Positions 30,831 to 43,164 are shown, numbered from the stretch's first letter. The stretch: DNA of 64,000 nucleotides from Vulcanimicrobiota bacterium (GCA_963833095.1 CAWHWQ010000001.1:1-64000); one strand, 5' to 3'. Numbers and translations: made by a program. The notes: generated by a model from the letters alone, not told the origin.

Positions 30831-32414
30831 GTGCGGCCGGCCCTATTCATTGTCCTCGCTCTTGTCGTTGCCGGATGCGCTCGGCCGGAGGGCGGTGGCC
30901 GGGACCTCACGATCGTCCAGACTCAGGATTTTCCGAGTTTGGATCCGATCTTTGTCAGCGGCGTCGGCGGTCAAGAGCTGGCGGCTCTTCTCTATTCCTA
31001 TTTAGTGAAGTTCGACGACCGCGGGGAGCTGGTTCCCGAGGCCGCCCTCGAAGTGCCGACTCGCAAGAACGGCGGCATCAGCCCGGACGGCCTGCGGATC
31101 GTCTACCATCTACGTCCGGGCATCCGGTTTTCAGATGGCAGCACCCTTACCTCGTTCGATGTCGCCGAGACGATCGGCCACGTGACGTTCCCGGGTTCGG
31201 ACGCGCCTTCGCGAGTCGCTTTCGACGACATCGCTGCCATTTCGACCCCCGACGACATGACCGTCAAGGTGTACCTGCGCACCCCATACGCGCCGATCGT
31301 CCTGTATCTCTGCGGACCCGGTAATGCGGTCCCCATTCTCTCCGCCCGGCAACTTGCGGGCCATGCCCACCTGCGCGGTACCGTCCTCGACAGCGCACCG
31401 CTGGGAAGCGGGCCGTATCGCGTCGATCGCTGGCGTCGCGGTGAACGTTTGGAGCTGCGAAGCAACCCGTACTATTTCGGCGGCAAGCCCAAGATCGACC
31501 GGATCACCATCCTTCCGGTCCCCTCGTCGATCACTGCGTACGAGATGCTGCGAAGCGGTGAGGCCAATGCGTACGTGAATGCCGACGACTCGCAGTTCGC
31601 GCAACTCGACGCGCTGCCGGGCAAGCGCACCGAGGCGATTCCGATCGACGGGACCGGTGCGCTGATTTTCAACATGACGCAGACCATCTTGCGCGATGCG
31701 CGGGTACGACACGCCTTTACGCAAGGACTCGATATTCGTTCCATCGTCGACAAGACGCTGCTCGGCGGCGATCGCACGCGTGATCCCGGACGCGGACTGT
31801 TCGAATGGGCATACGATCCCGTCGCGTATGCGATGCCGGCGCATAACGTGAGCGCCGCCGCAAAAGCGCTGGATGCCGACGGCTGGCGCATGGGAAACGA
31901 CGGGCTGCGGCACAAAGGCGGCGCGAGTCTAAGCCTTGATATCATCGTGCGCGCTGATAAACCGAGCGCGCTCGAGATGGCGACGTTGATGCAAGCGCAG
32001 GAGCGTCCGCTTGGTATCCGCCTCTCGATTCGGCGGTTTGCAGTGAGCGCACTCGTGGCTCCGAACGGACCGCTCTACGGCGGCCACTACGACATCGCGC
32101 TGTTTCCGTTCATCGCGGGCTTCGACCCAGACGTGCGCGACCAATTTTCATGCAAGCGCATTCCGCCGAACGGCTTCAACAAGGCTCGCTACTGCAATCC
32201 CGCACTAACTCGGGTTATGAACGAGGCTGTGCGGCCCTACGATCGCGCGGCACGGATTCCGTATTACCGCGAGGTGCAGCGAGTTCTGGCGGCCGATCTG
32301 CCGATGGTCGCAATGTACCAGGCTGTTTCCATTGACACATTTCCGTCGTGGCTCCGAAACGAACACGCGGCCGTCAACACGCCCTTTTGGAACGTCGCGG
32401 ACTGGACCTACTAA
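30831..32414 (+). CDS. Peptide/nickel ABC transporter substrate-binding lipoprotein (family 5)
   Basis: Lipobox VVAGC, SLDP, PLGSGPYR, NPYYFGGKPKID; probable GTG start 30831; no permease genes adjacent. Confidence 0.88.
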   Translation: MRPALFIVLALVVAGCARPEGGGRDLTIVQTQDFPSLDPIFVSGVGGQELAALLYSYLVKFDDRGELVPEAALEVPTRKNGGISPDGLRIVYHLRPGIRFSDGSTLTSFDVAETIGHVTFPGSDAPSRVAFDDIAAISTPDDMTVKVYLRTPYAPIVLYLCGPGNAVPILSARQLAGHAHLRGTVLDSAPLGSGPYRVDRWRRGERLELRSNPYYFGGKPKIDRITILPVPSSITAYEMLRSGEANAYVNADDSQFAQLDALPGKRTEAIPIDGTGALIFNMTQTILRDARVRHAFTQGLDIRSIVDKTLLGGDRTRDPGRGLFEWAYDPVAYAMPAHNVSAAAKALDADGWRMGNDGLRHKGGASLSLDIIVRADKPSALEMATLMQAQERPLGIRLSIRRFAVSALVAPNGPLYGGHYDIALFPFIAGFDPDVRDQFSCKRIPPNGFNKARYCNPALTRVMNEAVRPYDRAARIPYYREVQRVLAADLPMVAMYQAVSIDTFPSWLRNEHAAVNTPFWNVADWTY

Positions 32415-32467
32415 CCTTTATCGCTCGAAGCTGAAGCCTTGACGTTTGAAGTCGGGTTCAAAGCCAC

Positions 32468-33340
32468 ATGACTACGCAAATTTCGGCCGCCGCATCGGGA
32501 CAATTCGCCATCGGCGGCGACCTGACAGTCAACCGGCTCGGCTTCGGAGCCATGCGGATTACCGGCGCAGGCGTTTGGGGCGATCCGAAGGATCTTGCGG
32601 GCGCTCGCGCGACTTTGCGTCGCAGCGTCGAGCTCGGCGTGAATTTTATCGACACGGCCGACAGCTACGGACCCGAAGTCAGCGAGAATCTCATTCACGA
32701 GGTGCTGCATCCGTATCGCGGTGTCGTGATCGCAACCAAGGGCGGCCTCACCCGCCAAGGTCCGGGTGAGTGGTATCCCGTGGGTCGGGGAGCCTACCTG
32801 CAACAATGCGTGCAGATGAGTCTGCGCCGTCTGGGCGTCGAACGTATCGACCTCTGGCAGTTGCACCGCATCGATCCGCAGACCCCGCGCAAAGAGCAGT
32901 TTCAGACCATCGCTGCGATGCAACGCGACGGATACATCCGCCACGTTGGCCTTTCCGAAGTGAGCGTCGGCGACATCGAGGAGGCGCAACAGTACTTCCC
33001 GGTCGTCACGGTGCAAAACCAATATAACCTGATCGACCGCAAGAGCGAAGCGGTGCTCGATTACTGCGAGGCGCACAACATCGGCTTCATACCGTGGTTC
33101 CCGCTTGCCGCGGGAGATCTCGCGCAGCCGGGTTCGGTCCTCTCGCAGATCGCGAAGCGTCTGGGCGCAACGACGTCGCAAGTCGCGCTTGCGTGGACGC
33201 TCAAGCGCTCACCGGTGATGCTTCCGATTCCGGGAACCTCGCGCGTCGATCATCTCGAAGAGAACCTTGCAGCGGCGAATCTGGTGCTGCGCGACGAGGA
33301 CTTCGAGGAGCTCGACCGCCAGGCGCGCGCCCTTACGTAA
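32468..33340 (+). CDS. Aldo/keto reductase
   Basis: [27 protein letters not shown]. Confidence 0.92.
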   Translation: MTTQISAAASGQFAIGGDLTVNRLGFGAMRITGAGVWGDPKDLAGARATLRRSVELGVNFIDTADSYGPEVSENLIHEVLHPYRGVVIATKGGLTRQGPGEWYPVGRGAYLQQCVQMSLRRLGVERIDLWQLHRIDPQTPRKEQFQTIAAMQRDGYIRHVGLSEVSVGDIEEAQQYFPVVTVQNQYNLIDRKSEAVLDYCEAHNIGFIPWFPLAAGDLAQPGSVLSQIAKRLGATTSQVALAWTLKRSPVMLPIPGTSRVDHLEENLAAANLVLRDEDFEELDRQARALT

Positions 33341-34517
33341 AGGCGGCGAGTCCGGTGATCTGCTGACCGAGGATAAGCATGTGGACCTCGCTCGTGCCTT
33401 CGTACGTGAGTACCGATTCGAGGTTGTTCATGTGGCGGATCACCGGATACTCGAGCGTCACGCCGTTCCCGCCTAAGATCGTGCGCGACTCGCGCGCAAT
33501 AGCGAGCGCCTCGCGCACGTTATTGAGTTTGCCAAAGCTCACCTGCGAAGGATGCAGCCGGCCTTCGTCTTTCATGCGTCCCAAATGCAGTGCGAGCAAC
33601 GAACCTTTCCCCAGTTCAATCAACATGTTCGCGAGCTTTTCTTGCGTCAGCTGAAAACCACCAATGGGCCGGTCGAATTGAACTCGCGTCTTGGCGTAGT
33701 CGAGTGCGGTTTCGTAACAGGCGCGCGCCGCGCCCATCGAACCCCAAATGATTCCGAAGCGAGCCTCGTTCAAACACGCGAGCGGGCCGGCAAGGCCCTT
33801 GGCGAGCGGCAATTGCGCGTCGGTAGGAAGGCGAACGTCCTGCAGCACGAGTTCGCTCGTAATGCTCGCGCGCAGTGAGAGCTTGCGATGGATGTTGTGC
33901 GCCGAAAAGCCCGGCGTCGCTGTCGGAACGACGAAGCCGCGAATCCCGTCGTCGGTATTAGCCCATACGATGGCGACGTCGGCGATCGAGCCGTTGGTGA
34001 TCCACATCTTCGTTCCGTTGAGAATCCAATCGTCGCCGTCGCGCCGCGCAAAGGTGCGCATGCCGGCCGGATTGCTTCCGAAGTCGGGTTCGGTGAGCCC
34101 GAAGCAGCCGATTTTCTGACCGCGCGCCATCTGCGGCAGCCATTCGCGTTTCTGCTCGTCGCTACCCCAATGATGAATGGCAAACATCGCGAGCGACCCT
34201 TGAACCGAGGCGAAGCTACGTACGCCCGAATCACCCGCCTCGAGTTCCATACACGCAAGGCCGTACGCGACCGCGCTTGCGCCGGGACAGTCGAAGCCTT
34301 CGAGATGCATGCCGAGGACGCCGAGCTTGCCCAACTCAGCCCCGAGTTGTTGGGGAAGTACTCCCTCTTCGAACCATTCGGCGACGTTGGGCAGAACGCG
34401 ATCGCGTACGAACGAGCGCACGGTGTCGCGCACCAGCCGCTCCTCGTGCGAGAGCAGCGCATCGAGGCCGAGAAAATCCACCGCATCGGGTGGCGCGAGT
34501 TTGGTTTTAGTGGTCAC
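33333..34517 (-). CDS. Acyl-CoA dehydrogenase, glutaryl-CoA dehydrogenase-like
   Basis: [35 protein letters not shown]. Confidence 0.88.
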   Translation of the reverse strand: MTTKTKLAPPDAVDFLGLDALLSHEERLVRDTVRSFVRDRVLPNVAEWFEEGVLPQQLGAELGKLGVLGMHLEGFDCPGASAVAYGLACMELEAGDSGVRSFASVQGSLAMFAIHHWGSDEQKREWLPQMARGQKIGCFGLTEPDFGSNPAGMRTFARRDGDDWILNGTKMWITNGSIADVAIVWANTDDGIRGFVVPTATPGFSAHNIHRKLSLRASITSELVLQDVRLPTDAQLPLAKGLAGPLACLNEARFGIIWGSMGAARACYETALDYAKTRVQFDRPIGGFQLTQEKLANMLIELGKGSLLALHLGRMKDEGRLHPSQVSFGKLNNVREALAIARESRTILGGNGVTLEYPVIRHMNNLESVLTYEGTSEVHMLILGQQITGLAAFT

Positions 34518-35500
34518 CGGTTGACGAAGCTCATGTCAGCGTAACGTGCTCCGCTGGCTGCGCCGGCGGGGAATACCGACTCGATCTCGTGCAACTCGGC
34601 GCCGGTGAGCTTCACCTTGAGCGCGCCGACGTTTTCTTCGAGATATTTCACGCGCTTGGTGCCTGGAATCGGAATGACGTCGGGGCCACGCGCGAGCAGC
34701 CACGCCAAGGCAAGTTGCGACGCCGTGCAGCCCTTGCGCTGCGCAAGCTGTTCGACGTGCCGAACCAGATCTAAATTTCGCTGGAAGTTCTCACCCATGA
34801 AGCGTGGACTCGACCGGCGGAAATCGTCCGAAGCGAAGTCATCGGGGCTCGTAATGGCACCGGTGAGAAAGCCGCGCCCAAGCGGCGAGTAGGCGACGAT
34901 CGTGACACCCAATTCGCGCGCCGCGGCGAGCTGGCCGTTTTCTTCCAGGTCGCGCGACCACAGCGACCATTCGTTCTGCAACGCCGCGATCGGATGCACG
35001 GCGTAGGCGCGACGCACGCTGGCCCCACTGGCTTCAGAGAGCCCGAGGTGGCGCACCTTGCCCGCCTTGATCAAATCGGCCATCGCCCCAACGGTCTCTT
35101 CGATCGGCGTCGACGTGTCGACGCGATGCTGGTAATAGAGGTCGATGTGATCGACACCCAGCCGCTTGAGCGAACCATCGCAGGCTGCACGCACGTAGTC
35201 GGCTTTGCCGCTGATACCGCGCCGCGTTGGATCGTTTGGATCGCGTACGATCCCGAACTTGGTGGCCACAAACACCTGGTCGCGGTGGTCCTTGATCGCC
35301 TTGCCGACCAGCTGTTCGTTGGTGAAAGGCCCATACATATCGGCCGTGTCGAGCATCGTGACGCCCAGCTCGAGCGCGCGGTGGATCGTGCGAATCGATT
35401 CAGCCTCGTCACCTGCGCCGTAAAATTCGGACATCCCCATGCAACCGAGGCCGAGCGCTCCTACCTTGGGTCCATTCTTTCCAATCGTACGCTGTTCCAT
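34514..35500 (-). CDS. Aldo/keto reductase
   Basis: [33 protein letters not shown]. Confidence 0.93.
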   Translation of the reverse strand: MEQRTIGKNGPKVGALGLGCMGMSEFYGAGDEAESIRTIHRALELGVTMLDTADMYGPFTNEQLVGKAIKDHRDQVFVATKFGIVRDPNDPTRRGISGKADYVRAACDGSLKRLGVDHIDLYYQHRVDTSTPIEETVGAMADLIKAGKVRHLGLSEASGASVRRAYAVHPIAALQNEWSLWSRDLEENGQLAAARELGVTIVAYSPLGRGFLTGAITSPDDFASDDFRRSSPRFMGENFQRNLDLVRHVEQLAQRKGCTASQLALAWLLARGPDVIPIPGTKRVKYLEENVGALKVKLTGAELHEIESVFPAGAASGARYADMSFVNR

Positions 35501-35507
35501 GGCTCCT

Positions 35508-35933
35508 CTACCGTTTTAGGACGCGCGTAATTTTGTCGAAGAGCGCTTCGATCGAACGCTCGAATGAATCTTCGAGACGACGCCACAATAGACGCCCGTC
35601 GGTGTCGGTCAGCGTACCCTCGATGCGATACTCGAGCACGGTCTGCTTGCCGTCGGCACTCAGATAGAAACCGTGGGTACCGTTGACGCCGTCATTGAGG
35701 ATCCGCCACACGATGCGCTCTTCGGGTACAACCTCGGCGAGCATGGCATGGATGCCCAGGTGCCACTCCTCGGTCCGATCCGGAACGAGCGGACCCGGGG
35801 ACCGCATGAACGGTTGCGAAGCGAAGGGCCAGATCTGGTCCCCCGACGTCCCCATCTCTTCGAGCAGATGGAAGATCCGGCGTTTCGTACCGTGGAACGT
35901 CCGGGCGCGCGATTCTCGAAGGTCGATTGGCAT
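35508..35933 (-). CDS. Hypothetical protein, possibly SRPBCC fold
   Basis: Size, RIVWR...GTHGF pattern and C-terminal helix; operonic spacing. Confidence 0.5.
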   Translation of the reverse strand: MPIDLRESRARTFHGTKRRIFHLLEEMGTSGDQIWPFASQPFMRSPGPLVPDRTEEWHLGIHAMLAEVVPEERIVWRILNDGVNGTHGFYLSADGKQTVLEYRIEGTLTDTDGRLLWRRLEDSFERSIEALFDKITRVLKR

Positions 35934-35958
35934 GGCGCCTGGTTCGAGGCGCCGCAGG

Positions 35959-36696
35959 CTAGCTCATCTGTCGTTCGGCGAGGTGTACGCTGGTCAACAA
36001 AACGAATCGCGCGCCACCCAACTCGCCGGCTCGATCGTAGAGTGCGCGCAATTCCGCCGTCATCGACTCGTATGCGGGGCCCTCGCGGGGTAGGTACGAG
36101 GCTGAGCGCGTGCGCCCGATAAGCCCTTCCCAGTCCACGGTCTTTTCATGCCGAAAATCGAGCACGCGTACCCGCGTCCACCCGTGTTTGCGCAGGTCGT
36201 CATCGACTGCGGTTTTACGTCGACGGGTCTCCGTGTCGTCCGTCATGTACCGGCGGATGATGTCGCTATATGCGAGCATGAACTGATCGGACTCGTCGCG
36301 CTCGTTCCAAACGGCGGCGAATCGTGCACGCGGACTGCCTATGCGCTCGGCTTCGCCCAGCACACGATCTGGATCGAACCAGTGGTAGGCCTGGAACGCC
36401 GTGATGATGTCCACGCTGCGATCAGGAAGCGTTGTCCCCTCCGCCGTTCCGTCAACCACGACGACGTCGGCCCGAGACGGAATCGACGAACGCATGGCGC
36501 CGTTCGGTTCGATTGCAAAAACGTGCGCGCCCGCATCGGCGAGCAAGACCGACGAAATCCCGGTACCGGCTCCAAGATCGGCAATGCGGGGCTTTGTGAA
36601 TCCGTCGAGTATCGCTGCGATCGCCTCGACCGGATAACTGGGCCGATAACGCGCATAGTCTTCCGCGCGCTTGCTGAACCTCGTCGTCGGATCCAT
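35959..36696 (-). CDS. Class I SAM-dependent methyltransferase
   Basis: RPSYP, ADLGAGTG, QAYHWFD. Confidence 0.9.
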   Translation of the reverse strand: MDPTTRFSKRAEDYARYRPSYPVEAIAAILDGFTKPRIADLGAGTGISSVLLADAGAHVFAIEPNGAMRSSIPSRADVVVVDGTAEGTTLPDRSVDIITAFQAYHWFDPDRVLGEAERIGSPRARFAAVWNERDESDQFMLAYSDIIRRYMTDDTETRRRKTAVDDDLRKHGWTRVRVLDFRHEKTVDWEGLIGRTRSASYLPREGPAYESMTAELRALYDRAGELGGARFVLLTSVHLAERQMS

Positions 36697-36707
36697 AACG
36701 CGTGATA

Positions 36708-36944
36708 CTACGGCTTCGGCTCGCTCCCTCGCTCCGCGAGTTTGCCGAGATGCTGGACGACGAGGATCGCAATAATCGTCACGATGACCGCGTAGATAAG
36801 CTCAGCGATCACGCCGTTGCCCGGCTTAAGGAATAAGGCAATGAAATCTGAGATGAACTTATTCCACGCCCCAGCTGCAATCAGGCCGAAAGCCACCGTC
36901 GCGAGCGAGAGCATCGTACCGAAATAGGTCGGTTTGAGTTCCAT
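36708..36944 (-). CDS. Small two-TM membrane protein (DUF5654-like)
   Basis: AFGLIAAGAWN...YAVIVT pattern; strong SD AAGGAG. Confidence 0.65.
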   Translation of the reverse strand: MELKPTYFGTMLSLATVAFGLIAAGAWNKFISDFIALFLKPGNGVIAELIYAVIVTIIAILVVQHLGKLAERGSEPKP

Positions 36945-36965
36945 GAGAGTCTCCTTATCGTTCGT

Positions 36966-37361
36966 CTACTTAAGGCGGAACCGCACGCACGGATAGCCGA
37001 CGGCGCACGGGTTGTTGACGACGGTCGCTCGGATGTTCCCGTTGGAATCCGCGTTCCTGCCTTGGGTGCTCACGAGCGGATGCGCGCAATTCTTCTGCGC
37101 CGTCATTTCGAAAAGCGCTTCTTCGGGACGTTCGGAGAAGTCGGCGCGGTGGCTATTGCTGTGCGGTCCGACGCAGTACCACGCGATATTCTCAATCCGG
37201 GTGCCGATGATCTTTTCCACCGAGGCGCGCACCGTCACCCAGACCCATCCGTCGCTTTCATTCGCGACGTCGACGGTCCAGTTGCCCGCGGACGCAGGCA
37301 ACGAACTGAGCATGATCGCGCCGGCAATGAGGGTCGCAACGCAGAGTGTCTTGAGTCGCAT
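36966..37361 (-). CDS. Hypothetical secreted protein
   Basis: Signal peptide ending ASA, four Cys in the mature part, SD GAGG. Confidence 0.65.
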   Translation of the reverse strand: MRLKTLCVATLIAGAIMLSSLPASAGNWTVDVANESDGWVWVTVRASVEKIIGTRIENIAWYCVGPHSNSHRADFSERPEEALFEMTAQKNCAHPLVSTQGRNADSNGNIRATVVNNPCAVGYPCVRFRLK

Positions 37362-37374
37362 GGGTCACCTCAAG

Positions 37375-37409
37375 GAAAGAAAAAAGCCCGAAGCAATGCT
37401 TCGAGCTTT
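37375..37409 (-). terminator. Intrinsic terminator after rpsJ
   Basis: Minus strand aagctcgaagc-att-gcttcgggctt followed by TTTTCTTTC. Confidence 0.8.
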
Positions 37410-37422
37410 GATGTTTCCGCTG

Positions 37423-37464
37423 CCCTTCGAGGCCCGCCTGCGGCGCGCACCTCAGGGTGACAAA
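37423..37464. repeat. Palindromic repeat, single arm
   Basis: Reverse complement begins tttgtcaccctgag, identical for 14 nt to 37840-37853. Confidence 0.7.
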
Positions 37465-37468
37465 TGCA

Positions 37469-37777
37469 CTACGCCTTGAGTTCGATGTCGACGCCGGCTG
37501 GGAGATCGAGGTGCATGAGTGCATCCATCGTCTTGGGCGAGGCTTGAAGGATGTCGATGAGCCGCTTGTGCGTGCGCATCTCGAAGTGCTCGCGCGACTT
37601 CTTGTCGTTATTCGTCGAGCGTTGGACGCAAAAACGGTTGATCTCGGTTGGCAACGGCACCGGACCGCTCACGAACGCACCGGTGCGTTTGGCAGTATCG
37701 ACGATACGCTCGGCCGACTGGTCGAGAACTTTGTGATCGTACGCTTTCAGACGAATGCGAATCTTCTGCTTTGACAT
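37469..37777 (-). CDS. rpsJ: 30S ribosomal protein S10
   Basis: [33 protein letters not shown]. Confidence 0.98.
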   Translation of the reverse strand: MSKQKIRIRLKAYDHKVLDQSAERIVDTAKRTGAFVSGPVPLPTEINRFCVQRSTNNDKKSREHFEMRTHKRLIDILQASPKTMDALMHLDLPAGVDIELKA

Positions 37778-37818
37778 CTCTATCCTATATTTTCAATGAA
37801 CTCAAGGGGCCAGGGGCT

Positions 37819-37847
37819 ACTCTACCACGGAGTCAGGTATTTGTCAC
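37819..37847 (-). promoter_or_regulatory. Putative internal rpsJ promoter with its -35 inside the repeat end
   Basis: GTGACA-N17-TAGAGT with extended -10 TG. Confidence 0.5.
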
Positions 37848-37932
37848 CCTGAGCGTTAGCGCGTAAGCGCGAAGTCGTGTATGGCAGTCTACGGTCGGCT
37901 ACGGCGCTTCGCGCCTACGCTCGGGATGACAA
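37841..37932. repeat. 92-bp palindromic REP/MITE-like element between tuf and rpsJ
   Basis: Terminal arms ttgtcaccctgagcgt / acgctcgggatgacaa (14/16 complementary) with internal mini-hairpins gcgcgtaagcgc and ggcgcttcgcgcc. Confidence 0.8.
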
Positions 37933-37937
37933 GGGGA

Positions 37938-39136
<1,199 letters not shown>

Positions 39137-39175
39137 GATTCTATCGTTCTTCCTTATTTATCCGTCGATGAGTTA

Positions 39176-41278
39176 TTAAGCGGGTGCGCCTTTTTTGCCG
39201 GCCGACTTCGCGATGATCTCTTCAGTGACGGACTTCGGCGCTTTCTCGTAGCGAGAGAACTCCATCGTGTACGTCGCCCGGCCTTGCGTCGCTGAACGCA
39301 TGTCGGTGGCGTACCCGAACATTTCCGAGAGTGGGACGTTGGCGGTGATGATCTGCGCGCCGCCCGGAGCTTCTTCCGTCGCTTGGATCATGCCGCGGCG
39401 GCGGTTGAGGTCGCCGGTGATCGCGCCCATGTAATCCTTGGGCGTGGTCACTTCGACTTTCATGATCGGTTCGAGCAGAATCGGCCCGGCCGCGCGATTG
39501 GCTTCTTTCCAGCCCATCGATGCGGCGATCTTGAACGCCATTTCCGACGAGTCGACGTCGTGGTACGAACCGTCGAACGCGGTCACCTTGAAGTCGAGCA
39601 CCGGGAATCCCGCGAGCACGCCGCTCTGCGACGACTCTTGGATACCCTGCTGCACGGCCTTGGAGTATTCTTTGGGAACCGCGCCGCCGACGATCTTCCA
39701 CTCGAACTGGAATCCAGAGCCAGGCTCGAGCGGTTCGACGCGCAGCCACACGTCGCCGTATTGACCCTTACCACCGGACTGCCGGACGAACTTGCCCTGC
39801 TTCTCAACGGTCTTGGTGATCGCTTCTTTGTATGCGACCTGCGGTTTGCCGACGTTGGCTTCGACCTTGAACTCGCGACGCAGGCGGTCGAGGATGATTT
39901 CGAGATGCAGTTCGCCCATGCCGGCGATGATCGTTTGTTGCGTCTCTTCGTCGGTCCACATCCGGAACGTGGGATCCTCTTGCGCAAGGCGCGTGAGCCC
40001 CTTGCCGAGTTGATCCTGGTCGGCCTTCGACTTCGGTTCGATAGCCTGCGAGATGACCGGTTCGGGGAACGTGATCGATTCGAGCAAGATCGTATGCTTC
40101 TCGTCGCACAGCGTATCGCCGGTGCGCGTGTCGGAAAGTCCGACCGCGGCTGCGATGTCGCCCGCGCCGATAGCATCGATGTCCTCGCGATGGTTCGCGT
40201 GCATCCGCAGAATGCGGCCGATGCGCTCTTTGCGGCCCGAACGCGCGTTGTAGACGTACGAGCCCTTCTCGAGCGTGCCCGAGTAGACGCGGAAGTACGT
40301 CAAGTTGCCGTACGGATCGGTCGCGATCTTGAACGCGAGCGCCGCGAACGGCTCATTGTCATCCGGTTTGCGCGTGATCTCGTCGCCGTTCTTATCCTTG
40401 CCGACGATGGCTTTGGCTTCCAGCGGTGAGGGCAAATAGTCGACCACGGCGTCGAGCAGCGGCTGCACACCCTTGTTCTTGAATGCCGAACCGCACAGCA
40501 TCGGCAATACCGACCCTGCGATCGTCGCTTTGCGCAGCGCGGTCTTCATACGATCGACCGGCAATTCTTTGCCGTCGAAGAACATCTCGAGCAACTCGTC
40601 GTCTTGCTCGGCGATCGCCTCGATCAATTCTTGGCGCCACTTCTCGGCGGTTGCCTTGAGCTCGCCGTCCGCATCGGTCAGCGGCTCGTCACCCATCGTG
40701 TTGCCCAGGTCGTCGGTGTAGATGACCTTGTGCATCGTGAACAGGTCAACCACGCCGAGGAACTTATCCTCGGCGCCGATCGGCACTTGGATCGGGACGG
40801 CGCGCGCACCCAGGCGTTCGCGAATCTTCGCGACCACATTGAAGAAGTCGGCGCCCATGCGGTCCATCTTGTTGACGAAGATGATCCGGGGCACTTTGTA
40901 CTTATTGGCTTGGCGCCAGACCGTCTCGGACTGGGGCTGGACAGCCGCAACCGAATCGAAGAGCGCGACGAGGCCGTCGAGCACGCGCAAAGAGCGCTCG
41001 ACCTCGACCGTGAAGTCCACGTGCCCAGGCGTATCAATGATGTTGATGCGGTTCTCGCGCCACGTGCATGCCGTCGCCGCCGACGTGATCGTGATGCCAC
41101 GCTCCTGCTCCTGGACCATCCAGTCCATGGTTGCAGCGCCGTCATGCACCTCACCGATCTTGTGCACCCGTCCGGTGTAGAACAGAATGCGCTCGGTGCA
41201 GGTGGTCTTGCCGGCGTCGATGTGCGCCGCGATACCGATATTGCGAGTCCGCTCGAGCGGAAAATCTCTGGTTGCCAC
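39176..41278 (-). CDS. fusA: Elongation factor G
   Basis: [36 protein letters not shown]. Confidence 0.98.
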   Translation of the reverse strand: MATRDFPLERTRNIGIAAHIDAGKTTCTERILFYTGRVHKIGEVHDGAATMDWMVQEQERGITITSAATACTWRENRINIIDTPGHVDFTVEVERSLRVLDGLVALFDSVAAVQPQSETVWRQANKYKVPRIIFVNKMDRMGADFFNVVAKIRERLGARAVPIQVPIGAEDKFLGVVDLFTMHKVIYTDDLGNTMGDEPLTDADGELKATAEKWRQELIEAIAEQDDELLEMFFDGKELPVDRMKTALRKATIAGSVLPMLCGSAFKNKGVQPLLDAVVDYLPSPLEAKAIVGKDKNGDEITRKPDDNEPFAALAFKIATDPYGNLTYFRVYSGTLEKGSYVYNARSGRKERIGRILRMHANHREDIDAIGAGDIAAAVGLSDTRTGDTLCDEKHTILLESITFPEPVISQAIEPKSKADQDQLGKGLTRLAQEDPTFRMWTDEETQQTIIAGMGELHLEIILDRLRREFKVEANVGKPQVAYKEAITKTVEKQGKFVRQSGGKGQYGDVWLRVEPLEPGSGFQFEWKIVGGAVPKEYSKAVQQGIQESSQSGVLAGFPVLDFKVTAFDGSYHDVDSSEMAFKIAASMGWKEANRAAGPILLEPIMKVEVTTPKDYMGAITGDLNRRRGMIQATEEAPGGAQIITANVPLSEMFGYATDMRSATQGRATYTMEFSRYEKAPKSVTEEIIAKSAGKKGAPA

Positions 41279-41299
41279 GTTCCTAAATGTTCTGGTGAA

Positions 41300-41770
41300 T
41301 TACCAACGGTAGTGGGCGAAGGCTTTGTTGGCCTCGGCCATCTTGTGCGTGTCTTCGCGCTTCTTAATCGTCGCGCCGGTGTTGTTGGATGCGTCGAGCA
41401 GTTCGCCCGCCAGCTTCTCCTCAAACGAACGTCCGCCGCGTGCACGGGCGTAACCGATCAGCCAGCGCATCGCCATCGCCTGACGGCGGTCCGGGCGGAC
41501 CTCCATCGGCACCTGGTAGGTCGCACCGCCAACGCGCCGCGGACGCACTTCGACCAGCGGCATCGCGTTCGAAAGCGCCTGCTGGAAAATCTCATACGGA
41601 TCGCGACCCGTCTTCTCGGCAATGATGTTGAGCGCGCCGTAGGTGACCTGTTCGGCGGTCGACTTCTTCCCGCTGAGCATCACCTTGTTGATGAAGCGCG
41701 CGAGTATCTTCGAGTTGAACTTCGGGTCGGGCAGAATCTGCCGCTTGGGAGCCGGTCCTTTACGTGGCAT
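41300..41770 (-). CDS. rpsG: 30S ribosomal protein S7
   Basis: [26 protein letters not shown]. Confidence 0.98.
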   Translation of the reverse strand: MPRKGPAPKRQILPDPKFNSKILARFINKVMLSGKKSTAEQVTYGALNIIAEKTGRDPYEIFQQALSNAMPLVEVRPRRVGGATYQVPMEVRPDRRQAMAMRWLIGYARARGGRSFEEKLAGELLDASNNTGATIKKREDTHKMAEANKAFAHYRW

Positions 41771-41778
41771 CTATTTCC

Positions 41779-42219
41779 TTACTTCTTCACGGTGCGCTTG
41801 GCGCCGTATTTCGAGCGGCCTTGCTTGCGGTTGGCGGTGCCGGCAGTGTCCAGCGTACCGCGGATGATGTGATAGCGAACGCCCGGAAGATCTTTCACAC
41901 GACCGCCGCGCACCAGCACGACCGAGTGCTCTTGCAAGTTATGGCCGATGCCGGGGATGTACGCCGTCACTTCCTCGCCGTTGGTCAAGCGCACACGCGC
42001 AACTTTGCGCAGCGCCGAATTCGGCTTCTTGGGGGTTACGGTCTTCACTTGAGTGCAGACGCCGCGACGCTGCGGGTTGCCCGTCACTTCAAACTGACGC
42101 GTCGGAAGATCCGGATGACCCGGCTTCGGCCCGGTGAGGATCACACGGAACGCGCGGGTTTTGACCTTCTTTTCCGTCTTCGCCCGGCCCTTACGGACGA
42201 GCTGATTAATCGTGGGCAA
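41779..42219 (-). CDS. rpsL: 30S ribosomal protein S12
   Basis: [33 protein letters not shown] start 42219 after GGGAG. Confidence 0.98.
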   Translation of the reverse strand: MPTINQLVRKGRAKTEKKVKTRAFRVILTGPKPGHPDLPTRQFEVTGNPQRRGVCTQVKTVTPKKPNSALRKVARVRLTNGEEVTAYIPGIGHNLQEHSVVLVRGGRVKDLPGVRYHIIRGTLDTAGTANRKQGRSKYGAKRTVKK

Positions 42220-42281
42220 CAGCGTCTCCCTAGCAACACACACAAAGTGGGCCGCACCTGCCGGTGGGCCTGAACTACGGC

Positions 42282-42310
42282 AGTATATCAGGGGGAAAGG
42301 GAGGCGTCAA
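42282..42310 (-). promoter_or_regulatory. sigma70 promoter of the str operon
   Basis: TTGACG-N17-TATACT with extended -10 TG; same layout as the rplC promoter. Confidence 0.82.
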
Positions 42311-42372
42311 ATGGTGAGGACGGATCAACCGGAGGCCGGGCGCCACAGCTTGCGGCCGCAGCCTTGAGCCGG

Positions 42373-43164
42373 TTAATACCAGCCGAGCAAGCGGACTTCC
42401 CCGCTTACCGCGGCAGCCGCGGCTTTGGCTGCTTCCTCGGCCTCACACTCGAGTTCGGCATAAAAGATGTACTCGAACGGACGACCGGGCAGTGGGCGCG
42501 CCACTAGGGCCCGCAGGTTCAGGCCGCGCTCGGCGAAGACGCCGAGCGCCGAATGCAGGCTGCCCGGCTGGTGCGGGAGGACGAACGCCAGCACGGCCCG
42601 CCCGAGGCGTCTCCGGGCGACGCCCTCGCAAGCGATTACAAAGAAGCGCGTGAAGTTTTCCGCCTCGTCTTGGATCGCGTCGGCTAGAACCCGGCCGCCA
42701 TAACGCTGGGCACTTGCCGCCGGACCGATGGCGGCGTGCGCGCGGTCACCTTGGCGAACGATATCTTTGACCGCGCCCGCAGTGTCGGCAACCGCGACGA
42801 CTTCGACGCCGGGGAGCGAGGCAAGAAAGCGCCGGCATTGCTCGAGTGCGACCGGATGCGATTCGACGCGCCGAACACCGTCGAGGCTCGCGCCCTCGAT
42901 CCCGATGAGCGTTTGCACGATCCGATGCACGGTTTCGTCGACAATCGCAACGCGCGGATGCATATAAAGTAGATCGTAGGCGCGCGTCACCGGGCCGTGG
43001 ATGCTGTTCTCGCAGGGAAGCAGACCCACGGGTATCTCGCCGGTGTCGACCGCTTCGACAAGCGCATCGAACGTCGGATAGCCGCGCGATTCGATTGCGC
43101 CGAACAGACGTGCCGCCGCCTCCTCGCTGAAGGCCCCAGGCTCACCTTGAAATCCGACGAGCAT
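42373..43164 (-). CDS. pheA: Prephenate dehydratase
   Basis: FQGEPGAFSEEA, ENS..G.V, SHPVAL.QC, ENFTRF, C-terminal ACT domain; start ATG 43164. Confidence 0.92.
   Translation of the reverse strand: MLVGFQGEPGAFSEEAAARLFGAIESRGYPTFDALVEAVDTGEIPVGLLPCENSIHGPVTRAYDLLYMHPRVAIVDETVHRIVQTLIGIEGASLDGVRRVESHPVALEQCRRFLASLPGVEVVAVADTAGAVKDIVRQGDRAHAAIGPAASAQRYGGRVLADAIQDEAENFTRFFVIACEGVARRRLGRAVLAFVLPHQPGSLHSALGVFAERGLNLRALVARPLPGRPFEYIFYAELECEAEEAAKAAAAAVSGEVRLLGWY

Noticed and set aside
39383..41872. Long plus-strand ORFs antisense to fusA/rpsG (and similar shadow ORFs elsewhere)
   Set aside because: Expected mirror frames of high-GC coding sequence; no recognisable motifs.
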